This document shows, piece by piece, positions 9,210-18,567 of a stretch of DNA of 64,000 bases. Source of the stretch: Aureliella sp. (GTDB lineage Bacteria; Planctomycetota; Planctomycetia; Pirellulales; Pirellulaceae); assembly GCA_963691875.1 (NCBI GenBank), contig OY829846.1, forward strand, positions 3,584,001 to 3,648,000, read 5' to 3'. Position 1 is the first letter of the stretch. Each line of letters starts with the position of its first letter. Under the pieces are notes generated by a model. The model was not told where the DNA came from and made no database searches. It was given only the letters and a program-made list of their open reading frames with translations. The position numbers were made by a program, and so were the translations under genes.

Positions 9210-11804
9210 ATGCGCGATTTTGATTTCACCAGCTCGATATGGCTTCAAGCAGCTCTTCAGCCAAGACGCATCACCATTCTGATGCTTGCATTGCAGATTG
9301 CTGCCCTTGGCTCCCTGGCGCGAGGACAAGGTTTCGGAGGCATGCAAGGCGGCTTTGGCGGCGAGAAGTCGGTGACGGTCTCGGCTGAGCTCAAACTGAA
9401 CAAAGACGGCAAGACTGCACAACTCGCTGTCACCGCAAAGCTGGGTGCCGCGTACCACATCTACTCGATGACCCAGCCTCCAGGTGGTCCACTGCCAACC
9501 CGGATTTCTGTGCCAGACAAGCGTATCAAGATCACCTCTGAATTCACTCCCGATCGTAATCCGGAAGTGCACCAAGACGAAGCAGCTTTCCCGGGCATCG
9601 ACTTAGAAGAATTCTACGAGAGTGTGACATGGACGGCAAAAGTCGAATTAGTCGCGCCGTTTGCTGCCAGCGCAGATGACCTCAAGCTGAACATAGACGG
9701 ACTCGTGTGCAGCGGGGCATGCATTCCTTTCAACGAAGACGTCAAGGTTTCGGTGACAGGCGCAGGTGCCGCTGGAACCACGACACAAGAGACCAAGATA
9801 GATTCAACGCCCAAGGCTGGTGAGCTAACGCAAATCGACGAATCCGAGATGGCTCCTCCGAGCGCAGTTGCGGAAGTTCCGCCGCAATTCGGATTCGAAT
9901 CGTTCGGCACTGGCAACTCGGATACTGACTCAAGCGGAGAAACGCTCCGTGCCGGCAAGAGCCACGCCGTTTGGAGTGCAATGCTGGTGCCTGCATCGGT
10001 GAAAGCTGGAGCAACGGCCGTTATCGAACTGAAAGCTATCAATGATCCTGGATACCACGTCTATGACTTTCGTGGGGACGATGAGATCAACCTTCGAACA
10101 GTCATCATTGCCAACGAAAAGTCTGGACTTAAGGTGGGCACTCCCGTAACGAGCGCGCATCTCGAAGACGCTGGGCTCGGCGCGAAGTATCACGACGGAG
10201 AGGTGGTTTGGCAGATTCCAGTCCAAGTACCGGAAGGAACAAAAAACGGTGATTATCCGTTGGAGCTGCTAGTTCGTTTTAACACCTGCAACGCAAGTAG
10301 TTGTGACCCTCCACAAACAATTTCCGCCAGAGGAGCCTTGAAAGTTGGTAAAGCTGCGGAAACCGCAGTAGCGATGACGCTCAGTACGGCGGACAAAAAC
10401 GCAGCTGAAGACTCGCCAATTCTCGCAACCAGTTTTGATGCTGGTGTAGCATTACCTGCGGGTACCATTGTGCGATCAGGAACCACAGCTCCTGATTCCG
10501 CTGTCGATCTTGCTGCTGATGAGGACGCGGAAGCGGAAAGCGAAGATGATGAGTATTCATTCGCTTTTACCCTTGCCATTGCTTTAGTTGCTGGTTTCAT
10601 CCTGAATTTCATGCCCTGCGTACTTCCCGTACTGGGACTCAAGGTCATGAGTTTCGCCAATCAAGCTGGAAACAGTCACGCACGTGTGGTTGGACTGAAT
10701 CTCGCATATGTCGCCGGCATTCTTGCAGTGTTCCTAGTGCTAGCTGGACTGACGATTGGTGCCCAACAGATTACAGGCAGCGCCTTCGGTTGGGGCCAAC
10801 AATTCACCTATCTATGGTTCAAGGTTTTCCTCGCCTGCTTGATGTTTGCAATGGCTTTGAGCTTCCTCGGCGTTTGGGAAATTCCGATCCCTGGTTTTGC
10901 AACATCGAATAAGTCCTCCGAATTGATGGAGAAGGACGGAATGCTTGGAGCGTTTTTCAAAGGCGGCCTAACCACCGTTTTGGCAACGCCTTGTTCAGGT
11001 CCGCTGCTGGGTTGGGCTCTTGGAGCAAGCCTGACATTTAGCAGTACTCAGGTGCTACTTATGTATCTGACGATTGGCCTTGGGCTTTCCTCACCATTTA
11101 TCGTTCTTTGCTTCTATCCCAAGTTTGTCGAACAGTTGCCGAAACCTGGAGCTTGGATGGATACGCTAAAGCAAGTGCTGGCGTTTCCCTTGTTACTAAC
11201 TGCTGTCTTCTTCGTCCAAACCATTGAAGCGGATTGGCGTATTGCAACGCTTACAATGCTCATCTTTGTTTGGTTTGGCTGCTGGCTGATCGGCAAGGTT
11301 CCCGTTTACGAATCAGCTGACAAACGATTGAAGGCGTGGTCGAGTGCCATTGTGGCAACAGCATTGGGTGGTGTTATTGGATTTGGATTTATGGGCCCAA
11401 GCAACTCAGAGCTAGATTGGGTGCCTTACGACGAGGCCCAACTAAAACGTTTCCGCGCTGAAGGAAAAACGGTCATGCTCGACTTCACCGCTAATTGGTG
11501 TCTGAATTGCAAGTACAACACTCGCTACGCCATCGAAGTGCAGAATGTCGTTAGCAAGGTTGAGGAAAACAATGTTGTTACCATGCTGGCTGATTGGACT
11601 AGTCGGGATGAAGCTATTGGCGACAAACTGAAGGAGCTCAAAAGTAACTCAATTCCGTTAATGGCAATCTACCCTCCGGGCAGTGATAGCAAACCGATCA
11701 TCCTGCGTGATATTCTTAGCGAAAGCACTGTCCTAAAGGCCCTGGAGCAGGCAGGTCCCAGTGTCGGCTCCGAGCGACTTACCAGCGCTCCCATCAGTCC
11801 ATAG
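9210..11804 (+). CDS. dsbD: Thiol:disulfide interchange protein DsbD family
   Basis: N-terminal Ig-like domains with CSGAC and CNASSC, TM domain with MPCVLP and TPCSGP, C-terminal thioredoxin DFTANWCLNC. Confidence 0.92.
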   Translation: MRDFDFTSSIWLQAALQPRRITILMLALQIAALGSLARGQGFGGMQGGFGGEKSVTVSAELKLNKDGKTAQLAVTAKLGAAYHIYSMTQPPGGPLPTRISVPDKRIKITSEFTPDRNPEVHQDEAAFPGIDLEEFYESVTWTAKVELVAPFAASADDLKLNIDGLVCSGACIPFNEDVKVSVTGAGAAGTTTQETKIDSTPKAGELTQIDESEMAPPSAVAEVPPQFGFESFGTGNSDTDSSGETLRAGKSHAVWSAMLVPASVKAGATAVIELKAINDPGYHVYDFRGDDEINLRTVIIANEKSGLKVGTPVTSAHLEDAGLGAKYHDGEVVWQIPVQVPEGTKNGDYPLELLVRFNTCNASSCDPPQTISARGALKVGKAAETAVAMTLSTADKNAAEDSPILATSFDAGVALPAGTIVRSGTTAPDSAVDLAADEDAEAESEDDEYSFAFTLAIALVAGFILNFMPCVLPVLGLKVMSFANQAGNSHARVVGLNLAYVAGILAVFLVLAGLTIGAQQITGSAFGWGQQFTYLWFKVFLACLMFAMALSFLGVWEIPIPGFATSNKSSELMEKDGMLGAFFKGGLTTVLATPCSGPLLGWALGASLTFSSTQVLLMYLTIGLGLSSPFIVLCFYPKFVEQLPKPGAWMDTLKQVLAFPLLLTAVFFVQTIEADWRIATLTMLIFVWFGCWLIGKVPVYESADKRLKAWSSAIVATALGGVIGFGFMGPSNSELDWVPYDEAQLKRFRAEGKTVMLDFTANWCLNCKYNTRYAIEVQNVVSKVEENNVVTMLADWTSRDEAIGDKLKELKSNSIPLMAIYPPGSDSKPIILRDILSESTVLKALEQAGPSVGSERLTSAPISP

Positions 11805-11908
11805 TGGCACCGTTCATGCATGGCGGTGTCAGGCAGAATCTGTTGCTTGAGGTCTCTGCCCGGCTATTCTGACGCTGGAACCGAGTTTCAGCAGTGGGGT
11901 GAGGAACC

Positions 11909-12960
11909 ATGTTTTCAACACACTGTTCTGTAGTTTTTCAAAAGAAACAGCCTCGACGAAGAGCAGCATCAAGACTGGCTCTTGCGGTGCTTTCTCTTGC
12001 TCTGGCATTTTGGCTTTCCATTGATACGCAGTATATCTTCGCACAAGATAGCCCCCGGACGATAGGCCCGCGGTAAGGCGATACGAGACGCTTCTCCCAA
12101 TTCCACCGCAGGCTAAGGCTACAATAGACAAAACGCTAAAACATCTATTGTCGGGGCAACTTCCGGCGGGCGGTTTCCTGGTTTCTTTCCAATCGCTGAA
12201 ACATCCGTGGCTGGACTGGCACTTCTACGCGGCTACGATCAACAGCCACAGGACGCCTTCCTGAAAGGGCTGTGAGGCTTGCCTGAAATACCTATCACTC
12301 AATCAGAGAAACAATGGACTCTTAGCTGGCCAGAGTTCCATGCGTCGACCGAATTAGAACACCGGTGGAGTCGGATGCTCAAAGCGTTGCGACGCGGAGT
12401 CGATTGCATTGTTGAATGACAAAATGAGAAAGGCGGTAGGCGGTACAGGCTGGAGTCACTTGACGCTGATGCTTCCATTACGTCCTGCATAGCTTTGGAC
12501 CTCCCAGCCGCGGAAAAGGCAGGTCTGAAAGTCCCTACAGAATTCTTTCGAAAGAACATTATTATGCTTCGGATCTGCCAGCCAGAGAACAGCTCGTTTA
12601 CTTAGATTGTTCCGGTGAGCGGCAAGGGAGAATTGCCTCGTTCTGCTGCTGCAATGGCAGTACTCACAGCCTTGCAAGAAAGGGACCTGGTCAAGCAAGG
12701 CGACCTGTCCGCCTGAGAACAATACGTGCGCACTGCTGCCCTGGCAAATATAAAGAGCGGGCACTTGTGCTATGCCGACTACTATCGAAGCATAGGGCTG
12801 CGAAACGGCGCTTCAGAATCGTTTCAACTTTGGTACAGGAAGACCAGAATTCACTCATCGCAAAACAGTCGCCGAATGGAACCTGGCCAAGCAGCTCTGA
12901 CTGCTCCAATCTACACCACCGCATCAATTTGCTGAGCCTTGCTCTCTCCTCACCGAGTCG
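11909..12960 (+). pseudogene. Decayed prenyltransferase/squalene-oxidase-repeat protein gene
   Basis: GAGGA-ATG with signal-like start; QAKATIDKTLKHLLSGQLPAGGF; from 12375 LRRGVDCIVE*QNEKGGRRY...DADASITSCIAL..AAEKAGLKVP; GHLCYADYY; LIAKQSPNGTW; several stops and frameshifts. Confidence 0.8.
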
Positions 12961-13620
12961 CCCTGTAGCACGACAAGAACCTGCTTCCTGTCTAAACTTG
13001 CTTAGTATCCTCCTACGTCGTCTAGTAAAGACCGAAGTTGGCAGCCGGTGCTGGAGCAGACGAAAGTACTGCTGTCTTTAAAAGCCCTTCCCAGATCGGC
13101 GGTCGAGAATAAAAAACCACCGGTCCAATTGGCGTGTTGATATCGGTAGAAGTACACAGATATCCAGCCCCGTGCTTTTCCTTTCGTTTTGCGACGATGA
13201 TAAAACACCAGACCAGCGACAACGCCAGAACATCAACGAAGATCGAGAAAAAGGGCTCCGAAGCCGGCGATGACTTTTTCGGATCCTAAGAAGTTCTTTA
13301 AGCTTTCCGCTTTGAGCTTTCCGTACAGCCGGCCTAACCATGTGAGGTGTTCCCGGGGCGAATGCAAAGAACCCGCGTCAGCTAATCTTCTTCGCGGACT
13401 CTCAACAAATTGTCCCCGACGAAATAAGCGAGATACCCATGTGGCTAGTGCTCAGTTTGGAGTTACTGAAAGAGAACACCTTGGAAAACACCCCACTAGA
13501 TTATCCATCCGTGTGGGAAGTCAAGATTCATCTCTGCCAAAGTGAGGGCCGAAAGGAAGAACTGAATACGATCTTCGATTCGGAGACAGAATTCTAACTC
13601 GAGGAGCGCTTCATCAAGGG

Positions 13621-14091
13621 TTAGCGGAACTTCATACTTGCTTCCACTGCCATCTCATCGCAGCGTTCGTTTTCAGGATGACCGCTGTGCCCTTTCACAT
13701 GGTGATAGTTCACTACGTGCTGCGAAGTAAGTTGGTCCAGCTCTTTCCAGAGCTCGACATTCTTAACAGGCTTCTTCTTTCCGCCTTCTTTTCGCATCCA
13801 GCCGTTCTTCTTCCATCCCTTAACCCAGCTGTTCAGCCCTTGGAGCACATAACTGCTATCGGAGTATAAGTCGACATGACACTTGCGTTTGAGAGAACGC
13901 AAGCCTTCTATAACGGCTTGCATCTCCATCCGATTGTTCGTCGATTCGACTTCACCGCCTGAGCCAGTCAGCTCTTTCTTGGTTCGAACGTCGCGTAAGA
14001 TAAAAGCCCAACCACCCGGCCCCGGATTGCCACTGCAGGCGCCGTCGGTATATAGCTCGACCTTACGAAGGGCAGGGGAGCCGACACTCAT
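13621..14091 (-). CDS. rnhA: Ribonuclease HI
   Basis: YTDGACSGNPGPGG, TNNRME, YSDSSYV, VKGHSGHPENERCD. Confidence 0.97.
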   Translation of the reverse strand: MSVGSPALRKVELYTDGACSGNPGPGGWAFILRDVRTKKELTGSGGEVESTNNRMEMQAVIEGLRSLKRKCHVDLYSDSSYVLQGLNSWVKGWKKNGWMRKEGGKKKPVKNVELWKELDQLTSQHVVNYHHVKGHSGHPENERCDEMAVEASMKFR

Positions 14092-14164
14092 GCTTGGACC
14101 TTGGAAAATAGATAAGAGTAACCAGACTCGCGCTAAGTGCCGGTGATCATTTGGGACAATAGAC

Positions 14165-15331
14165 CTACTTTGGATTTGTCTGCTGGGAGACGCTGCGCAG
14201 TGCGTGATCCAAATCTTCTATCAAATCCTCGGGATCCTCAAGCCCTACGGATAGACGTATCAACCCATCCGAGATCCCCGCCACCTTACGCGCCTCGGCA
14301 TCATAGCTGGCATGCGACATTGATGCTGGTTGCTCAATGAGAGATTCCACGGCACCTAGGCTGACTGCTAGGTGAAATAACTTCGTCGACTTGACGATTT
14401 GCTTTGTCGCGTCAAAATCGCCCTTGGCTTCAAAAGTAATCATGCCGCCGAAGCCGCCCGTGAGCAATTTACTTGCGTTCCCATAGTCGCTGTGACTTGG
14501 CAAGCCTGGATAGAGAACTTCATTCACAAGTTCGTGCTGCTCCAAAAACTCTGAGATTTGGAGTGCTGAACTCGATTGAGCTCGAATCCGCAAATCCAGC
14601 GTCTTCAGTCCTCGACCGAGTAAAAACGAATCAAAGGGAGAAAGAACCGCTCCCGTAGCATTCTGTATAAAGTAGAGCCGGTCGAGCAATCCTTGCTCGC
14701 GAGCGACCAACACACCGGCCAAGCAATCACTGTGTCCCGCCAAATACTTGGTTGCCGAATGCATCACAATATCGACGCCAAACTCAAGGGGCCGCATCAA
14801 AACCGGAGTGGCAAAAGTGCTGTCGACCCCAACAAGCAGTTCGTGATCGTGAGCAACATCCACCAAGGCTGGCAGATCTGGAACAGTCAGCCGAGGATTT
14901 CCGATACCTTCCAGCCAGAGCATCTTCGTGTTCTCGCGGACATGGCTGCTGACAGAGTCTGGATCAGTTAAGTCAATCAAGCTGATTTCAATTCCAGCTT
15001 TGTCGCAGATCTCGTGAAAGAGTCGGTAACTGCCGCCATAGATGTCCATGCCAGCGAGCAAATGGTCGCCCGCGGAAAGCAACATTGTGGCGCAATGCGT
15101 GGCCGCCATACCAGAACTAAAGCATAGTGAGCCGCAACCACCCTCGAGTGAGGCAATCGTTTCCTGGACGGCAGTACGAGTCGGATTACCACTCCGAGAG
15201 TAATCAAAGGCGCCCCAGTCGCCCGCTCCAGGTTGCACGTAAGTGCTCGCCGTGTGAATCGGTTGCACTACGGCTCCTGTCTGAGGATCTGGTGGGTTTC
15301 CGACATGGATGGCCCGGGTTCGAAACTTCAC
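14165..15331 (-). CDS. Cys/Met metabolism PLP enzyme (cystathionine gamma-lyase/beta-lyase-like)
   Basis: YSRSGNPT, FSSGMAA, HSATKYLAGHSD, SLGAVESL, RLSVGLE; GTG start at VKFRT. Confidence 0.92.
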   Translation of the reverse strand: MKFRTRAIHVGNPPDPQTGAVVQPIHTASTYVQPGAGDWGAFDYSRSGNPTRTAVQETIASLEGGCGSLCFSSGMAATHCATMLLSAGDHLLAGMDIYGGSYRLFHEICDKAGIEISLIDLTDPDSVSSHVRENTKMLWLEGIGNPRLTVPDLPALVDVAHDHELLVGVDSTFATPVLMRPLEFGVDIVMHSATKYLAGHSDCLAGVLVAREQGLLDRLYFIQNATGAVLSPFDSFLLGRGLKTLDLRIRAQSSSALQISEFLEQHELVNEVLYPGLPSHSDYGNASKLLTGGFGGMITFEAKGDFDATKQIVKSTKLFHLAVSLGAVESLIEQPASMSHASYDAEARKVAGISDGLIRLSVGLEDPEDLIEDLDHALRSVSQQTNPK

Positions 15332-15528
15332 TTCTCTTGTTCCTTGTTTTGGCGAGCGCCAAGGCAAGACGGCGCCTGAGGCTAGCGTTCGAGCTAGGGG
15401 TTCTTGAATAATCACAACCCGAAGTATGAGCGAGGACGAGTCGCATTCTTAGCTTCGCTCACTCATCGGGTTATGAAAGAGTTCGCACCCAATCCTCGAG
15501 TCAAAAACGACTTGTACTTGACCAATCT

Positions 15529-16791
15529 CTAGCCTTCCAGGGCTTGCTTCAAGTCGCGTAACAGATCATCCGTGTTCTCGATGCCACAGGCCAATCGAAT
15601 CATGTTGTCAGGGATGCCGAACTTCGCACGATTCTCAGGTGTTTCCTGGTAGTAGCTCATCAGGAGTGGCTGCTCGATTAGCGTCTCGACACCGCCTAGG
15701 CTTGGACCGATCTTCGCGATCTCGGTCCTGTCTACAACAGCAGCCGTTTCCTGCCAAGTCGCGTCCTGAAGCAGAAACGTTACCAATCCACCAAAACCAG
15801 CCATCGAACTCGCTGCGATCTCATGCGTTGGATGTGATTTCAAGCCAGGATAGAAGACATGACCTACACGTGGGTGATCGGCCAAGAATTCCGCCAAGGC
15901 TTGACCGTTTTCGTTGTGCCGCTGCATACGCAACTCAAAAGTCTTGAGTCCACGCTGGAGCAAGTAGAGATTGTGCGGCGAGTTGACTCCGCCCATGATT
16001 CCACGCAGTTTTCGCACGTCGGCCAGTTTTTCTTCCGAACCAGTCAAACAACCAGCAAGCAGGTCGTTGTGCCCGCCAAGATACTTTGTCGCTGAATGAA
16101 GCACGTAGTCGACACCGAAGTCAAGCGGCTTGACGTTGTAAGGCGTTGCGAGCGTGGCGTCGATAAGCGTCTCGACTTCTCTCTCTTTTCCGAGTGCAAC
16201 AAACTGCTCCAGATCGACACATGTCAACTGAGGATTCGTGGGGGACTCGCTTACCAGCAGCTTGGTCCGATCAGTAATCGCGGCTTGCATCGCGTCGAAA
16301 TCGCCAGTTGGGACTTGATGCGTCACGACACCGTAGCGTGACAAGTGCTTGTAGCAGAATTCGCGACTGCGGTGATAACACTGATCGAAGAAAACGATCT
16401 CATCACCCGCGTTCAGCTTGGCCATAAAAAGCCCGACGATCGCCGCCATGCCACTTGAGTAGACGATCGAGTGTTCGCCACCGTCCAAAGCAGCTAATTT
16501 CGATTCGACAACTTTCTCGTTGGGATTCCCGTAACGACCGTACTCTTCCCGTTTCTCATCGTTTTCAATGAAATCGATGATGGACTGGGAGTCTTCGAAT
16601 GTGTAGGTGGAAGCACAAACAATCGAATCGGTAATTGCATCGGAAGGCTTCGTACGCGCCTCACCACCGTGAACGCTGATTGTAGAAGTACCTTTTTGCT
16701 CCAAGCTGAGCGGCTTCCGTTTAGCTCTGGCTGGAGTTGTGAACGATTCAGGTTCTGGATTCGAGGATTGCATTGTCGCTTGTGTACTCAT
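15529..16791 (-). CDS. metB: Cystathionine gamma-synthase (MetB-like PLP enzyme)
   Basis: YGRYGNP, SSGMAA, HSATKYLGGHND, SLGGVETL, IRLACGIE; exact specificity inferred. Confidence 0.85.
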   Translation of the reverse strand: MSTQATMQSSNPEPESFTTPARAKRKPLSLEQKGTSTISVHGGEARTKPSDAITDSIVCASTYTFEDSQSIIDFIENDEKREEYGRYGNPNEKVVESKLAALDGGEHSIVYSSGMAAIVGLFMAKLNAGDEIVFFDQCYHRSREFCYKHLSRYGVVTHQVPTGDFDAMQAAITDRTKLLVSESPTNPQLTCVDLEQFVALGKEREVETLIDATLATPYNVKPLDFGVDYVLHSATKYLGGHNDLLAGCLTGSEEKLADVRKLRGIMGGVNSPHNLYLLQRGLKTFELRMQRHNENGQALAEFLADHPRVGHVFYPGLKSHPTHEIAASSMAGFGGLVTFLLQDATWQETAAVVDRTEIAKIGPSLGGVETLIEQPLLMSYYQETPENRAKFGIPDNMIRLACGIENTDDLLRDLKQALEG

Positions 16792-16909
16792 TAGTTCTTG
16801 CCAATTCGCCGCTCACGCCAGTCAGGCCGAGCAGAGTTCCTACCGCTGCGCATTCGCCCCGACACATTGAAATGCATTGCGGGGCTCCGATACGCTCTTA
16901 AAAGGGCAT

Positions 16910-16946
16910 AAAAAAAGCCGCCAATCGTTGTGAATCGGCGGCTTTT
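16910..16946 (-). terminator. Intrinsic terminator/attenuator in 5' leader of metB-like operon
   Basis: Minus strand AAAAGCCGCCGATT..AACGATTGGCGGC followed by TTTTTTT, ~120 nt upstream of ATG. Confidence 0.8.
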
Positions 16947-17007
16947 GAAAGCTCGTACTTGGCAACACGGTAATTGACACTGATGGCAATTAAATCGCGT
17001 TAACTTT

Positions 17008-17051
17008 GGCTCTTTAGCAGTACAGGCTGCAAGCGGCCGCAAATCCCTCAC
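17008..17051 (-). promoter_or_regulatory. SAM-II-like riboswitch aptamer candidate
   Basis: Minus strand GTGAGG-GATTTG-CGGCCG-CTTGCAGCC-TGTACT-GCTAAAGAG has SAM-II hallmark segments in order, upstream of Met/Cys genes. Confidence 0.5.
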
Positions 17052-17207
17052 GTCTTTACTCTAACCGTGGCCCGCTGCGATGGCAAGCGCAAGAATGTGC
17101 GTTTTCTAGACCATTGGAGACGATGTGCCTTTCGAATCTTCCGTCTTTGTGCGTCAGGCAAAACAATAGGGTATGCGCCTGCGCGAAGATGCCTTGCAAC
17201 ACGTCGA

Positions 17208-17858
17208 CTATGGGTTCGGGTTGACGGGAGCTGCACCAGCTGGGTTCTGCCCACCACCTGCCTTGGGCACTTGGAATCCTCGTATCGGACCACCACCTGC
17301 ATAGATGAGTGGTGCGGACTGCTGTCGCCCACTCGATTCTGCGCTTCGATCCCACGGTACCGTGTATGCCGCAAACATGCCGGATGTCGCGTCCGTTACG
17401 TAAACGAGGCAGCCGCCCGGTCGAGCATTGCCCGAAGAAACTCGCGAAGCGGACCGACCGGTGACCATCATGAACTCCGCATTCTTGCCTCCTGCACCAA
17501 ACTGTGCGGAGATGTTCGCACCAAACTGAGCACCAAATGTACGCTGCCGCGGATAGTAAACCAAACACCTAAGATCACCTGTGACGTGATCCAGGAAGAA
17601 GACGCCCTCTGCATTATCGCTGATCTGACCAGTCGCTACGGACATCGTGTCGGAAGAAGCTGCCGTAGCTGCAAGAGCCGTTGGAATCGCAACTTGCTTT
17701 TCCTCGTGGCGCGAGCCGAGCCAAAATCCTGCCGTCGTCGCTAGGCAGGTAAACATGCAAGCAAGTGCAAGGTGCATTCCTGTAAGCCCAGTCCGTGGCA
17801 AAGTCGCCGTGCTTGAAGAGCTTACAGATCGCGTTTTGCTAGCAACAGAAAATCTCAT
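17208..17858 (-). CDS. Hypothetical membrane-anchored protein
   Basis: 216-aa ORF, N-terminal hydrophobic helix, globular core (ATGQISDNAEGVFFLDHVTGDL). Confidence 0.75.
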   Translation of the reverse strand: MRFSVASKTRSVSSSSTATLPRTGLTGMHLALACMFTCLATTAGFWLGSRHEEKQVAIPTALAATAASSDTMSVATGQISDNAEGVFFLDHVTGDLRCLVYYPRQRTFGAQFGANISAQFGAGGKNAEFMMVTGRSASRVSSGNARPGGCLVYVTDATSGMFAAYTVPWDRSAESSGRQQSAPLIYAGGGPIRGFQVPKAGGGQNPAGAAPVNPNP

Positions 17859-17955
17859 GTCCGTTTCTCCGCTGAAGGAATACTTTCGCGAAGTATAGAT
17901 TTTTCAGTCCTTAGGAGTCACCAGCAATTTCACTCTTCCAATAGACGAAGTCCGG

Positions 17956-18417
17956 CTAGATGCTGCCTTGCAGCGAAGCAGCGTCAAAGACTTGAAGGAA
18001 GTGAGTAATCTTCTGGCCACTGAAACGATAACGCTGCAACCGAGTCATTTGATATTCTTGTTTCGCCTCGCGCAGCTTGACTCGCTCACTTCCCACCGCG
18101 ACAACGGTATCGCCTTGCCCTATGACATCTTCAATCTGAGGACTCTGCGAATCGAGTTGTCCGAAATTGTGCTGCACTAATTCTTCTGCAGCAGTTCGCC
18201 CTTTCGCCCTACCGCTGAAAGGCACTTCCTTAGGGCCAGCAATCTCAAACTCTACGTCCTCCGGCAAGATGGCCTAAAATCCTGCGATGTCTCCCGCCAA
18301 GATGGCTGAGTACAGCTCCTGCACTCGCTGAACGTTCTGTCTTTCGCGAGCCTTCGAATCGAGCTGCTCATCGCCTCATTCGAAACTACTCGTAATATTG
18401 GCAATAAATCCGTGCAT
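17956..18417 (-). pseudogene. NTF2/SnoaL-like (ketosteroid-isomerase-like) gene with two in-frame stops
   Basis: GGAGGA-ATG at 18417; MHGFIANITSSFE*GDEQL...NVQRVQELYSAILAGDIAGF*AILPEDVEFE...GDTVVAVGSE...FSGQKITHF; TGA at 18376-18378, TAG at 18274-18276. Confidence 0.8.
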
Positions 18418-18567
18418 AGGATTCCTCCATCAAATGACACAAAGCCGATCAAACGCTTCAACTTACGCGCTCGCGAAGCCTCGGTGGCCAAGCATGTCGC
18501 AATTACAATGGAGTCACGGACCTCGGTTTACTTCATGCCTTTCTTACCCTCTTTGGACTGACAGCTG

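Noticed and set aside
11805..13620. Large ncRNA, retron or intron next to rnhA
   Set aside because: No reverse transcriptase or long-range pairing seen; most of the gap is explained by a decayed protein gene.
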